Origin: Dermatophilaceae bacterium
GTDB taxonomy: Bacteria; Actinomycetota; Actinomycetes; Actinomycetales; Dermatophilaceae
NCBI GenBank assembly: GCA_044867305.1
Contig: JBIOUP010000110.1
Span: 1 to 31,294, forward strand
Reading direction: 5' to 3'
Length of the DNA stretch: 31,294 nt
Made by a program: the position numbers and the translations under genes. Of this stretch, positions 16,971-25,972 are shown in pieces; within the stretch, counting starts at the first letter, position 1, and each line of letters begins with the position of its first letter. A model generated the notes under the pieces. The model worked only from the letters and a program-made list of their open reading frames with translations. It did not search any database and was not told where the DNA came from.

Positions 16971-17459
16971 GTGATCGAGGTCGACGTCCTCGGCGTCCGG
17001 GTCGAGATGCCCACGAACCAGCCGATCGTGCTGCTGCGGGAGCGCGACGGGGACCGTCATCTGCCCATCTGGATCGGGGCTGCAGAGGCCACCGCGATCG
17101 CTTACGCGCAGCAGGGCGTCGTCTCGCCGCGTCCGCTCACCCACGACCTGATGCGCGACATCCTCGAGGCGTTGGGTCATCAACTGCTCCAGGTGCGGAT
17201 CGACGCGCTGAAGGACAAGGTCTTCTACGCAACGCTGGACATCGACGGCACCGAGATCTCTGCGCGCCCCTCCGACGCCATCGCGCTTGCCCTGCGGGTG
17301 CCGGCGCCGATCCTCGTCGCCGAGGAGGTCTTCGACGACGCGGGCATCGTCGTCACCCCCGAGGAGGATGACGAGGTCGAGAAGTTCCGCGAGTTCCTCG
17401 AGCAGATCTCTCCAGAGGACTTCGAGGACTCGACCGGGGCAGGGGAGCAGGAGCGCTAG
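16971..17459 (+). CDS. Bifunctional nuclease family protein (DUF151, Rv1829-like)
   Basis: GVRVEMPTNQPIVLL, LPIWIG..EA.AI, RPLTHDL, ARPSDAIALA and EKFREFL. TACCGT lies 6 nt before GTG 16971. Confidence 0.92.
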   Translation: MIEVDVLGVRVEMPTNQPIVLLRERDGDRHLPIWIGAAEATAIAYAQQGVVSPRPLTHDLMRDILEALGHQLLQVRIDALKDKVFYATLDIDGTEISARPSDAIALALRVPAPILVAEEVFDDAGIVVTPEEDDEVEKFREFLEQISPEDFEDSTGAGEQER

Positions 17460-17595
17460 CGGGGCGTCCGGGCGCTTCTCGCGTCGCACTGGGCCTGGTG
17501 TGGGTGTGCCGTTCTCGAGCCGAGGCCAACGGTTGTCACAACGGCGGGAAACAACGGCAACGCTGCGTTCGCTCCCGCTCGTCACCGCCGTAAAG

Positions 17596-17620
17596 TCTCA
17601 CGTTAAGGTTGAGGTTGAGA
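17596..17620. promoter_or_regulatory. Candidate MerR-family operator
   Basis: TCTCACGTTAAGGTTGAGGTTGAGA has TCTCA...TGAGA ends and a GGTTGA direct repeat. It lies upstream of the promoter of the second MerR gene. Confidence 0.45.
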
Positions 17621-17667
17621 TCCTGCGATGTGTGGTGCCGGTCATGGCGCGCCGAGGTCTGGGGTCG

Positions 17668-17696
17668 TTGACGCTAGGGGCCGGTGGCCGTACCGT
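17668..17696 (+). promoter_or_regulatory. SigA-type promoter
   Basis: TTGACG, 17 nt, TACCGT, upstream of GAGGAGG RBS and GTG 17764. Confidence 0.7.
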
Positions 17697-17763
17697 CGAA
17701 CAAGAGAACAACGAGGCTGTAGTTACGCACGGTAGGTTTGGGCTGAGGAACTGAGGAGGCGCC

Positions 17764-18327
17764 GTGACCGGTGAGGCTAAGCACGTCCACGTCCCAGCCC
17801 AAGGGGTGCTCTTCGCCGACGACCTGCCTCAGCTCAGCGAAGACATCGGCTACCGCGGACCAACGGCATGCCGGGCGGCCGGCATCACCTACCGACAGCT
17901 GGACTACTGGGCGCGCACGGGTCTGGTCGAGCCGTCGGTGCGCAGCGCCACCGGATCGGGCACCCAGCGCCTCTACGGGTTCCGCGACATCCTGGTGTTG
18001 AAGGTCGTGAAGCGCCTGCTGGACACCGGCGTTTCGCTCCAGCAGATCCGCACGGCGATCACCGCGTTGCGTGAGCGCGGCGTCGACGACCTTGCCGAGA
18101 TCACCCTGATGAGCGACGGGGCCACGGTTTACGAGTGCACCTCACCGGACGAGGTCATCGACCTGCTGCAGGGTGGTCAGGGTGTGTTCGGCATCGCCGT
18201 CGGTCGGGTCTGGCGCGAAGTCGAAGGCACGTTGGCCGACCTGCCCGGCGAACGCGCCGAGGACGAGCAGGTCATCGCCGAAGGCGACGAGCTCGGGGCC
18301 CGCCGGGTGGCCCGCCTGATGGCCTGA
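17764..18327 (+). CDS. MerR family regulator (Rv1830-like)
   Basis: GYRGPTAC.AAGITYRQLDYWART.LV.PS...GSGTQRLY.F.DILVLKVVKRLLDTGVSLQQIR, plus synteny. Confidence 0.93.
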   Translation: MTGEAKHVHVPAQGVLFADDLPQLSEDIGYRGPTACRAAGITYRQLDYWARTGLVEPSVRSATGSGTQRLYGFRDILVLKVVKRLLDTGVSLQQIRTAITALRERGVDDLAEITLMSDGATVYECTSPDEVIDLLQGGQGVFGIAVGRVWREVEGTLADLPGERAEDEQVIAEGDELGARRVARLMA

Positions 18328-18355
18328 GCCTGGTAGATTCGCCAGCGCTGATCAC

Positions 18356-18490
18356 CTCACACGGGAGAGTCCCCGGGACGACTGGAGTCGCCGCTGGGGC
18401 GCCGAAGGGGCAACCTCCCCGGAACCTCTCAGGCGCCAGGACCGTGTGAGCAGGCAACTCTGAACCGGCCTTCGGCCCGACAGAGGGGGA
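18356..18490 (+). ncRNA. Glycine riboswitch (one full aptamer plus a truncated second 'ghost' element) upstream of gcvP
   Basis: P1 CTCACACGG/CCGTGTGAG enclosing GGAGAG, CGCCGAAGGGGCAA, CTCTCAGG and AGGAC. Followed by CAGGCAA-CTCTG...CAGAG-GG with a cUUCGg hairpin. Confidence 0.92.
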
Positions 18491-18526
18491 ACCACCGCGG
18501 TTCACGCCCGAACGTCCGGAGGTTTC

Positions 18527-21433
18527 ATGGATCAGCCAGCCGATCTCGACATTCCTGCCGACTTCCCCACCCGCCACATCGGCCCTAGCGAGCACGACCA
18601 ACGCCGGATGCTCACCCTAGTCGGCCAACCCTCGCTCGAGGCCCTCGTCGACACGGCCCTGCCTCCGCGGATTCGCTCCGCTCAGCCATTGGGCATGCCT
18701 GCCGCGCCTTCCGAGCCAGCGGTCATCGCCGAGCTACGGGCGCTGGCCAACCGCAACACCGTCCTTCGCTCGATGATCGGCCTGGGCTACTACGGCACCA
18801 TCACCCCGCCCGTCGTGCTGCGCAACGTCCTGGAGAACCCGGCCTGGTACACGGCATACACCCCCTACCAGCCGGAGATCTCCCAAGGCCGCCTGGAGGC
18901 CCTGCTCAACTTCCAGACGGTCGTCAGCGACCTCACCGGCCTGCCCATCGCCGGCGCCTCCCTGCTCGATGAGGCCACGGCCGCTGCTGAGGCCATGACG
19001 CTCATGCGCCGCAGCAACCGACGACCGGCAGGCGCCGTGCTCCTCATCGACCGGGAGGTCTTTCCGCAGACGCTCGCCGTGGTGCGCACTCGCGCCACGC
19101 CCCTGGACATCGACGTCGTCGTCGCGGACCTGTCCGGCGTCGACACACCGGATGCGCTGGCCCGCGCCGCAGCAGGACGTGACGTGTTCGGGGTGCTCGT
19201 GCGGTACCCAGCGGCCGACGGTGAGGTGCGCTCCTGGGCGCAGCTGGTGGATGCCGCGCACAACCACGGTGCGCTGGTCACCGTCGCGGCGGACCTGCTG
19301 GCCCTCACCCTGGTGGCTGCGCCGGGGGAGTGGGGCGTCGACATCGCCGTGGGGTCGAGCCAGCGGTTCGGGGTGCCGATGGGCTTCGGCGGCCCGCATG
19401 CCGGGTATATGTCGGTCCGCGCGGGCTTGGAGCGCTCCATGCCCGGGCGCCTGGTCGGGGTCTCCCTTGACGCGTCCGGTGCTCCCGCGTACCGCCTGGC
19501 GCTACAGACGCGAGAGCAGCACATCCGCCGCGAAAAGGCCACGTCGAACATCTGCACCGCCCAGGTGTTGCTCGCCGTCATGGCCAGCATGTATGCCGTG
19601 TGGCACGGCCCGCAGGGGCTGGCCGCGATCGCACGGCGCGTGCACAGGCTGACCCGCCGGCTCGCGTTCGGGCTGTCACGCGGGGGAGTCGAGGTGCTCA
19701 CGTCGGTGCCGTTCGACACGGTCCGCGTCCGGGTCCCCGCCCGGGCGGCTGCGCTGCAACGCGAGTGCGCGGCTCGGGGCGTCAACGTGTGGCTGGTCGA
19801 CGAGAACACCCTCTCGCTCAGCTGTGACGAGACGACGAGCACCGCTGACCTGGCGGCGGTCTGGGACGCGTTCGGTGTTGGGCCGGTTGCCGACGGCGGA
19901 AGCGGTCAGTCCTCATCCCTCGGAACCGGCGCCACCGCTTGGGGCGAGGCGCTCGCCAGGCGCACGGCATACCTGACCCATCCGGTCTTCCATGACCACC
20001 GCAGCGAGACGGCCATGCTGCGCTACCTGCGTCGACTCGCCGACCAGGACTTCGCTCTCGACCGAGGGATGATCCCGCTGGGCTCGTGCACCATGAAGCT
20101 CAACGCGACCACCGAGATGGAGGCGCTGACCTGGCCTGAGTTCGCGCACCTGCACCCGTTCGCACCGCCGGAGCAGACCGAGGGTATTCGCGCCCTGATC
20201 GAGGCGCTGTCCGGCTGGCTGTGCGAGCTGACCGGCTACGACGCGGTCTCCTTGCAACCCAACGCCGGCTCGCAGGGCGAGTTCGCCGGGCTCATGGCGA
20301 TCCACGCCTACCACCAAGCCCAGGGCGAAGGGCACCGCCGGGTGTGCCTCATCCCCGCCAGTGCTCACGGCACCAACGCCGCCTCAGCGGTCATGGCGGG
20401 GCTCAAGGTCGTCGTCGTGGCCACGGCGAGCGGAGGCGACATCGACATGGCCGACCTGCGCACCAAGGTCGACGCGCACCGCGACGACCTCGCGGCGATC
20501 ATGGTCACCTACCCGTCCACGCATGGGGTGTACGAGCCGACGATCGGCGAGCTGTGTGAGCTGGTCCACGATGCGGGCGGGCAGGTGTACGTCGACGGCG
20601 CGAACCTGAACGCCCTCGTCGGGCTGGCGCAGCCAGGGCGCTTCGGCGCCGACGTGTCGCACCTCAACCTGCACAAGACGTTCTGCATTCCGCATGGCGG
20701 CGGCGGGCCGGGTGTCGGCCCGGTCGCCGTGCGGGCCCACCTCGCGCCGTACCTGCCCAACCACCCCCTCTCGGCCGAGGCTGGACCGGCGACCGGCGTC
20801 GGCCCGGTGTCCGCCGCCCCCTACGGGTCGGCGAGCATCCTGCCGATCTCGTGGGCGTACGTGCGGCTCATGGGCGGCGCCGGTCTGACGCGCGCAACGC
20901 AGGTCGCGATTCTGAACGCCAACTACGTCGCGGCGCGGCTGTCGCCGCACTATCCGGTGCTCTACACCGGGCCGGGTGGACTGGTCGCGCACGAGTGCAT
21001 TCTCGATCTGCGCGAGCTGACCAGGCAGACCGGCGTCACCGTCGAGGACGTCGCCAAACGGCTGATCGACTACGGCTTCCACGCTCCGACGATGTCCTTC
21101 CCGGTGGCGGGGACGCTCATGGTCGAGCCGACCGAGAGCGAGGATCTGCGGGAGCTGGACCGGTTCTGCGATGCGATGATCGCGATCCGCGACGAGATCG
21201 AGGCGGTGCACACCACTGGCTTGCTGGTCAGCGAGAGCATGCTGCGCAACGCGCCGCACACCGCTGAGTCACTCGCCGGCAAGTGGGAGCATCCTTACGA
21301 GCGGCGCGACGCCGCCTTCCCAGCGGGCGTCGATCCGAAGTCGAAGTACTGGCCGCCCGTGGCCCGGATCGACGGGGCCTACGGCGACCGGCACCTGGTG
21401 TGCTCCTGTCCGCCGCCGGAAGCGTTCGAATAG
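18527..21433 (+). CDS. gcvP: Glycine dehydrogenase (decarboxylating), P protein
   Basis: [62 protein letters not shown]-Lys motif [19 protein letters not shown] and GFHAPT..F. Confidence 0.98.
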   Translation: MDQPADLDIPADFPTRHIGPSEHDQRRMLTLVGQPSLEALVDTALPPRIRSAQPLGMPAAPSEPAVIAELRALANRNTVLRSMIGLGYYGTITPPVVLRNVLENPAWYTAYTPYQPEISQGRLEALLNFQTVVSDLTGLPIAGASLLDEATAAAEAMTLMRRSNRRPAGAVLLIDREVFPQTLAVVRTRATPLDIDVVVADLSGVDTPDALARAAAGRDVFGVLVRYPAADGEVRSWAQLVDAAHNHGALVTVAADLLALTLVAAPGEWGVDIAVGSSQRFGVPMGFGGPHAGYMSVRAGLERSMPGRLVGVSLDASGAPAYRLALQTREQHIRREKATSNICTAQVLLAVMASMYAVWHGPQGLAAIARRVHRLTRRLAFGLSRGGVEVLTSVPFDTVRVRVPARAAALQRECAARGVNVWLVDENTLSLSCDETTSTADLAAVWDAFGVGPVADGGSGQSSSLGTGATAWGEALARRTAYLTHPVFHDHRSETAMLRYLRRLADQDFALDRGMIPLGSCTMKLNATTEMEALTWPEFAHLHPFAPPEQTEGIRALIEALSGWLCELTGYDAVSLQPNAGSQGEFAGLMAIHAYHQAQGEGHRRVCLIPASAHGTNAASAVMAGLKVVVVATASGGDIDMADLRTKVDAHRDDLAAIMVTYPSTHGVYEPTIGELCELVHDAGGQVYVDGANLNALVGLAQPGRFGADVSHLNLHKTFCIPHGGGGPGVGPVAVRAHLAPYLPNHPLSAEAGPATGVGPVSAAPYGSASILPISWAYVRLMGGAGLTRATQVAILNANYVAARLSPHYPVLYTGPGGLVAHECILDLRELTRQTGVTVEDVAKRLIDYGFHAPTMSFPVAGTLMVEPTESEDLRELDRFCDAMIAIRDEIEAVHTTGLLVSESMLRNAPHTAESLAGKWEHPYERRDAAFPAGVDPKSKYWPPVARIDGAYGDRHLVCSCPPPEAFE

Positions 21434-21520
21434 TAGCCGACCGCCCCACCGACGAAGTGCGTCATCGGGGTAGGACCTCGACGCCACAGCGTGCACGGTC
21501 TTCCCCAATCTCAGCAGTCG

Positions 21521-24500
21521 TCAGGCGGCGTCGCCCCCCACGAGGCTCACCCGTGACCCCGCCGCGGTCTTGGTGACATGCAGCTGGTTTGGGATCCGGG
21601 CGCGCAGGTCTGCCACGTGGCTGACCACACCCACCGCGCGGCCGCCCTCGCGCAGTCCGTCCAGGACATCGAGGACCTGCTCCAGGCTGTCTTCGTCCAA
21701 GGACCCGAACCCCTCGTCGATGAACAACGTCTGCAGGTCGAACCCGCCGGCCTCTTCACGCACCCCGTCGGCCAGTGCGAGCGCCAGCGCCAATGACGCG
21801 ACAAACGACTCGCCGCCCGAGAGCGTCGCGGTGTCGCGAGCCTGCCCGGTCCAGAGGTCCTCGACCATCAGACCGAGACCGCTGCGTCGCCCGCCGGCAA
21901 CCGGAGCATCGGAGTGGCGCAGCCGGTACCTGCCGTCGCCCATCGCCGCCAGCCGTTCGTTGGCCAGCTCGACGACCCGCTCCAGCCGGGCCGCCAACAC
22001 ATACGCGGACAGTCGCATCCGCAGAGTGTTGTCCGGTCCGAGGCCGCCCGCCGTATCGGCCAGCCGTGCGATGGCGGTGTGTCGGTCGGACAGCTCGGCG
22101 ACCCGGTGCGCGTGCTCGGCCACCAGCACGCGTAGCTGGGTGAGGTCGCGGTCGGACTGCTCGGCGAGGGTTGACGTGCGCTCGGTGAGCTGGCGGGTCC
22201 GCCGGGCATGCGCCAGCTCCTCCTCCAGGGCGGCGAGGTCGGTCTCCTCGGCACGCAACGCCTGCGCGACCTCGGGGTCGGCGAGCACCGTCTGCGCCTG
22301 GACCCGCTCCCGCTCGGCCTGCCTGAGCAGGCGCTCGTGGCTCGCCAGGGTGTCCTGCGCAACGAAGGCCGCCCTGGCCCCGGCAACGGAGTCGAACCCG
22401 TTGTCCGCCAGTCGATACGACACCGCCCGGGTGGTGGCAGACTCATGCCGCGTGGCCTCGGCGCGGGCTTTGCTCGCCTCGAGCAGCTCTGCCACGGCCA
22501 CCGTGACTTCGGTATGCCGGGTCGGGGCGGCACCATGGTCGGCAGACGGCGAGCCGGTCGCACACGGGCATCCGTCGGTATGCCGGCGCCGCCGCTCACT
22601 CAGGTCCTGCTCGGTCCGTTCCGCCTCGGCTCGCATCGCATCGAGCCGCCCGCTCGCCTCCTGCATCGCGCGCTGGGCCTGATCCTGGCGCTCGCGGACG
22701 GACATCAGCTCGTCGACGACCTCGTCGTGGTGGGCCTCCAGCGCAGCGAGCTGGTCTGCGTGGGCCTGCGCGATACCGAGCCGATCCTGGGCGGCTGCCA
22801 GGTCGGCGGCGAGCGCCGCAGCCTCTCGATCGAGCACTCCCGCGTGCTCGCCGAGGGCCAGGACCGCTCCCTCGCTTGCCGCGACGTCGCCCTGAGCCGC
22901 CTCGAGGAGGGCGCGGCGAGCCGTCCACTCCGCCTCGGCGGCCGCGACAGCGTCGTCCGGCACTGCCGCAGCCGAGTCGGCGGGGCTCGGGTGTCGGGCG
23001 GAGCCGCAGACCGGGCACGGTTGCCCGTCGACCAGCTCGGCAGCGAGCCGAGCCGCCAAGGCGTCGAGCTGTGCTTGGCGCATGTCCAGCCAGCGAGCAT
23101 GGGCGACCCGGGCCGCGTCGTCGGCTGCGCCGGCCCGTCCCCTGGCGTCGGAGAGCTGGGCAAGGCGGGCGTCCAGCGTGGTGCGCAGCCGCAGGAGGCC
23201 GAGGACGTGGTCGACATCCCGCAGGGCTTGGGGCACCACGGCAGCTGCCGCCGCGGCCGTGCGCCGCCGTTCCGCGAGCTCGGCCGACACCGCGAGCAGC
23301 CGCTCGGCGTCGGCCTCGACAGCGGCGAGGTTCTGCGCAGCAACGGCCGTCACCTGCTGCTGGGCGCCAACGCGGCGCCGAGCCTGTCCCAGAGCCTGGT
23401 CCAACGCCGCAACCTCGGCGAGTCTGGCGTCGAAGGTGGAGAGGACGCCGGCCAGCTTCTCTGCGGCGGCTGCGTCCATGACGTCCAGACCCGGCCCAAG
23501 CTCGCCGACTCGCTCGGATGCCGCATTTGCTCGGTCCCGCGCGGCCGAAGTCCTCGCTGCTGCGTCGGCGAGGGCACGCAGGTCGCCCGCGACGCAGGCC
23601 GCCCGTCGCGCGAGCGCGACCCGCTCGCCGAGCGCGTTCAGCTCGTCCTCACGGGCGGCCAGGTCGGCAAGGACCGCCCCGGCCTGCTGAGCCTTTTGCC
23701 GGCATACCAGCTGACGGGCTGCCCAGTCGCGCTCGCGGAGCCGGTCGCGCTCGCGTGCCTCGGCGGCGTCGCGCTCGGCGAGCGCGGCAGCGGCAACCCC
23801 GCGGACCCGGCCGAGCACCGTGGCCACTGCACCCTCGAGCTCGCGGTGCGACACGTCTGCCCATGCCGCCACTCCAGCGGACAGCTCTGGTGGCAGCCTT
23901 GCCAGGACGTCATCGACCCTGGTCAGCTGCATCGCCAGCGCCGCCTGCGTCTCGGCCAGACGCACCGCACCGGCGCGGCGCTGCTGGATTAGCCAGTCCT
24001 CGACGTCGGTGAACCGCGACACGTCGAACAGTCGTTCCAGCAGCTCGCGTCGCGACTCCGGCGAAGCTCGCAGGAACGCCGCGAAGTCGCCCTGAGGCAG
24101 CAGCACGACTTTGACGAACTGCTCCAAACCGATGCCCAGGACGTCCTTGACGAGCTCGCCGACCTCGTCGGCCCGGTGCGACAGCGCCTCCCACTGCCCG
24201 CCCACCCGCTCGGTTAGCAGCACCGAAGCCGGCACGGTCGTCTCGCCGGTGCCTCTGCGCTTGGGCCGGCGGAACTCGGGCGAGCGGACGATGCACAGGC
24301 GCCGACCGACCGCGGTGAACTCGAGCTCGACCCGGGGGGCCGCACCGTGGCTGGCGTGGTCGCTGCGCAGGGAACGCCCGGCTGGGCGCGCACCCGGCAC
24401 AGCGGCATAGAGCGCAAAGCAGATAGCGTCGAGCAGGCTGGTCTTGCCGGCCCCGGTTGGTCCGTGGATGAGGAAGATGCCGGCTGACGCCAGCGCGTCG

Positions 24501-24565
24501 AGGTCGACCTCGACGCGCCCCGGAAACGGCCCGAAGGCCTGCGCCGCAAGCCGGTGCAGCCTCAT
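21521..24565 (-). CDS. sbcC: SbcC (Rad50-like SMC ATPase) exonuclease subunit
   Basis: Walker A GPTGAGKT, Q-loop LPQGDF, zinc hook CPVCGS, long coiled coil, LSGGE signature and Walker B LFIDEGFGSLD. Confidence 0.95.
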   Translation of the reverse strand: MRLHRLAAQAFGPFPGRVEVDLDALASAGIFLIHGPTGAGKTSLLDAICFALYAAVPGARPAGRSLRSDHASHGAAPRVELEFTAVGRRLCIVRSPEFRRPKRRGTGETTVPASVLLTERVGGQWEALSHRADEVGELVKDVLGIGLEQFVKVVLLPQGDFAAFLRASPESRRELLERLFDVSRFTDVEDWLIQQRRAGAVRLAETQAALAMQLTRVDDVLARLPPELSAGVAAWADVSHRELEGAVATVLGRVRGVAAAALAERDAAEARERDRLRERDWAARQLVCRQKAQQAGAVLADLAAREDELNALGERVALARRAACVAGDLRALADAAARTSAARDRANAASERVGELGPGLDVMDAAAAEKLAGVLSTFDARLAEVAALDQALGQARRRVGAQQQVTAVAAQNLAAVEADAERLLAVSAELAERRRTAAAAAAVVPQALRDVDHVLGLLRLRTTLDARLAQLSDARGRAGAADDAARVAHARWLDMRQAQLDALAARLAAELVDGQPCPVCGSARHPSPADSAAAVPDDAVAAAEAEWTARRALLEAAQGDVAASEGAVLALGEHAGVLDREAAALAADLAAAQDRLGIAQAHADQLAALEAHHDEVVDELMSVRERQDQAQRAMQEASGRLDAMRAEAERTEQDLSERRRRHTDGCPCATGSPSADHGAAPTRHTEVTVAVAELLEASKARAEATRHESATTRAVSYRLADNGFDSVAGARAAFVAQDTLASHERLLRQAERERVQAQTVLADPEVAQALRAEETDLAALEEELAHARRTRQLTERTSTLAEQSDRDLTQLRVLVAEHAHRVAELSDRHTAIARLADTAGGLGPDNTLRMRLSAYVLAARLERVVELANERLAAMGDGRYRLRHSDAPVAGGRRSGLGLMVEDLWTGQARDTATLSGGESFVASLALALALADGVREEAGGFDLQTLFIDEGFGSLDEDSLEQVLDVLDGLREGGRAVGVVSHVADLRARIPNQLHVTKTAAGSRVSLVGGDAA

Positions 24566-25737
24566 GCCACGCCTTCGTCGGGCACCGCGCCCGCCTCGTC
24601 GCCGCGAAGGCCGCGCGCGACCCGCGACTGCTCGACCGCCTCGGCCAGCACCGCCCGCTCCTGCGCCGTTGCCGGGGTGCCTGCGCGCACGTGGGCCAGG
24701 AAGTCACAGCACACGTCCAGCTCTGGGCGAGCGGGCATCGCGCCGGCCGAGTATGCCGTGCAGCTCGGGATGCGTTGGCTCGGCTGGAACTCGAGCTTGA
24801 GGGTGTGTGGAAACCGCCGGCGCAGCCGGTCCATCGCCCCCAACGGCCGCAGCGGGTCGGTGAGCACGACGTGACACCAAGCCTGCTCGGCGTCCGCGAG
24901 GGTGCGGTCGGCAAGCAACGCTTCCAGGTCGCCACGGAGGACGGCGAGTGGCCTGGGCACCGGGGCATCGACCGGCGCGCACGCGACGCCGCCGGACGCG
25001 TCCAGGTTGACCAGCCAGCTGCCCTTGACGTGGTCGGCCTCCCCGAACGACATGGCGAGAGGGGACCCGCTGTAGCGGACCGCCGCGGTCACCGGCTGGC
25101 GTCGGTGCAGATGGCCGAGGGCCACGTAGTCCGCACCGTCGAACAGGCTCGCCGGCACGACCGCCACGCCACCAACGGAGATGTCGCGCTCGGACTCGCA
25201 CCCGACCGCGCCGGCCACGAAAGCGTGCGCCATGATCACCAACCGTCCGCCGCGCTGGCGGTGCTCAGCGCGGATCGCTGCGACGGCTGCCTGCAGCACG
25301 GCGCGGTGGCTGACCTCGTCGGCGTCGAAAGCGGGTGCCGCCACGGCTGGCTCGAGGTAGGGGATCGGGTATACGGCAACATCGCCGATGACTACCGGCT
25401 GGCCCACCGCGGACACCCTAGAGCAGATGTGCAGCCCCGCGCGGGACAGGAGTCTGTCGGCGAACCCCAACCGGATCGCGGAGTCGTGGTTGCCGCTGGA
25501 CATGACGACCTGCGCTCCGGCGTCGATGAGCCGGGTCACCCCTTCGGACAGCAGCGCGACGGTGTCTGGCGCGGGCAGCGCCCGGTCGTAGACATCTCCC
25601 GAGACGAGCACCGCATCGAGCCGCTCGGACCGCACGACCTCGACGAGGTGGTCGAGGAACGCGGCTTGGGCATCGAGCATCCCCACCTGGTGGAACGACC
25701 GGCCCAGGTGCCAGTCGGAGGTGTGGAGCAAGCGCAC
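24562..25737 (-). CDS. sbcD: SbcD (Mre11-like) nuclease subunit
   Basis: HTSDWHLGR, SGDVYD, SGNHDS, MAHAFV, DYVALGHLH and YSGSP. Overlaps the sbcC start. Confidence 0.96.
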   Translation of the reverse strand: MRLLHTSDWHLGRSFHQVGMLDAQAAFLDHLVEVVRSERLDAVLVSGDVYDRALPAPDTVALLSEGVTRLIDAGAQVVMSSGNHDSAIRLGFADRLLSRAGLHICSRVSAVGQPVVIGDVAVYPIPYLEPAVAAPAFDADEVSHRAVLQAAVAAIRAEHRQRGGRLVIMAHAFVAGAVGCESERDISVGGVAVVPASLFDGADYVALGHLHRRQPVTAAVRYSGSPLAMSFGEADHVKGSWLVNLDASGGVACAPVDAPVPRPLAVLRGDLEALLADRTLADAEQAWCHVVLTDPLRPLGAMDRLRRRFPHTLKLEFQPSQRIPSCTAYSAGAMPARPELDVCCDFLAHVRAGTPATAQERAVLAEAVEQSRVARGLRGDEAGAVPDEGVA

Positions 25738-25743
25738 AGCCGC

Positions 25744-25771
25744 AGGCTAGGGCGGTGCACCGACACCGACA
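25744..25771 (-). promoter_or_regulatory. PafBC-activated (RecA-NDp) DNA-damage promoter of sbcDC
   Basis: Minus strand reads TGTCGG-TGTCGG-TGCACCGCCC(10 nt)-TAGCCT-6 nt-GTG, an exact match to TGTCGG-N10-TANNNT. Confidence 0.8.
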
Positions 25772-25846
25772 TGGAGGTCACCCGGCGCGCCGGACTGCCG
25801 AATCCGCAAAGCCCGCTTGTCCGCTGGCGGGTCATGTGAAACCGTA

Positions 25847-25874
25847 GCGGGTTCCAGTGTGCGGGTTCCGGTGT
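25847..25874. repeat. 14-bp tandem direct repeat
   Basis: GCGGGTTCCAGTGT GCGGGTTCCGGTGT (13/14 identical) in the sbcD / GCS2 divergent intergenic region. Confidence 0.7.
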
Positions 25875-25972
25875 GGTATCACATCGACCCGGGCGAGGAA
25901 AGCGGCCGTGCGTAGTTCGGCCACGCCCCGGCGACCGTCGCGAAGGGTGAGCGAACGGCATACCCTCGCTGC

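Noticed and set aside
15262-21433. Absence of gcvT beside gcvH and gcvP
   Set aside because: This split arrangement is the usual one in the conserved actinobacterial cluster.
22208-23992. 594-aa + strand ORF and other long ORFs antisense to sbcC, gcvP and the hydrolase
   Set aside because: Typical stop-poor shadow frames in high-GC DNA, with no recognisable motifs.
25872-25883. TGTG...CACA as a CRP site
   Set aside because: The spacing is too short for TGTGA-N6-TCACA.
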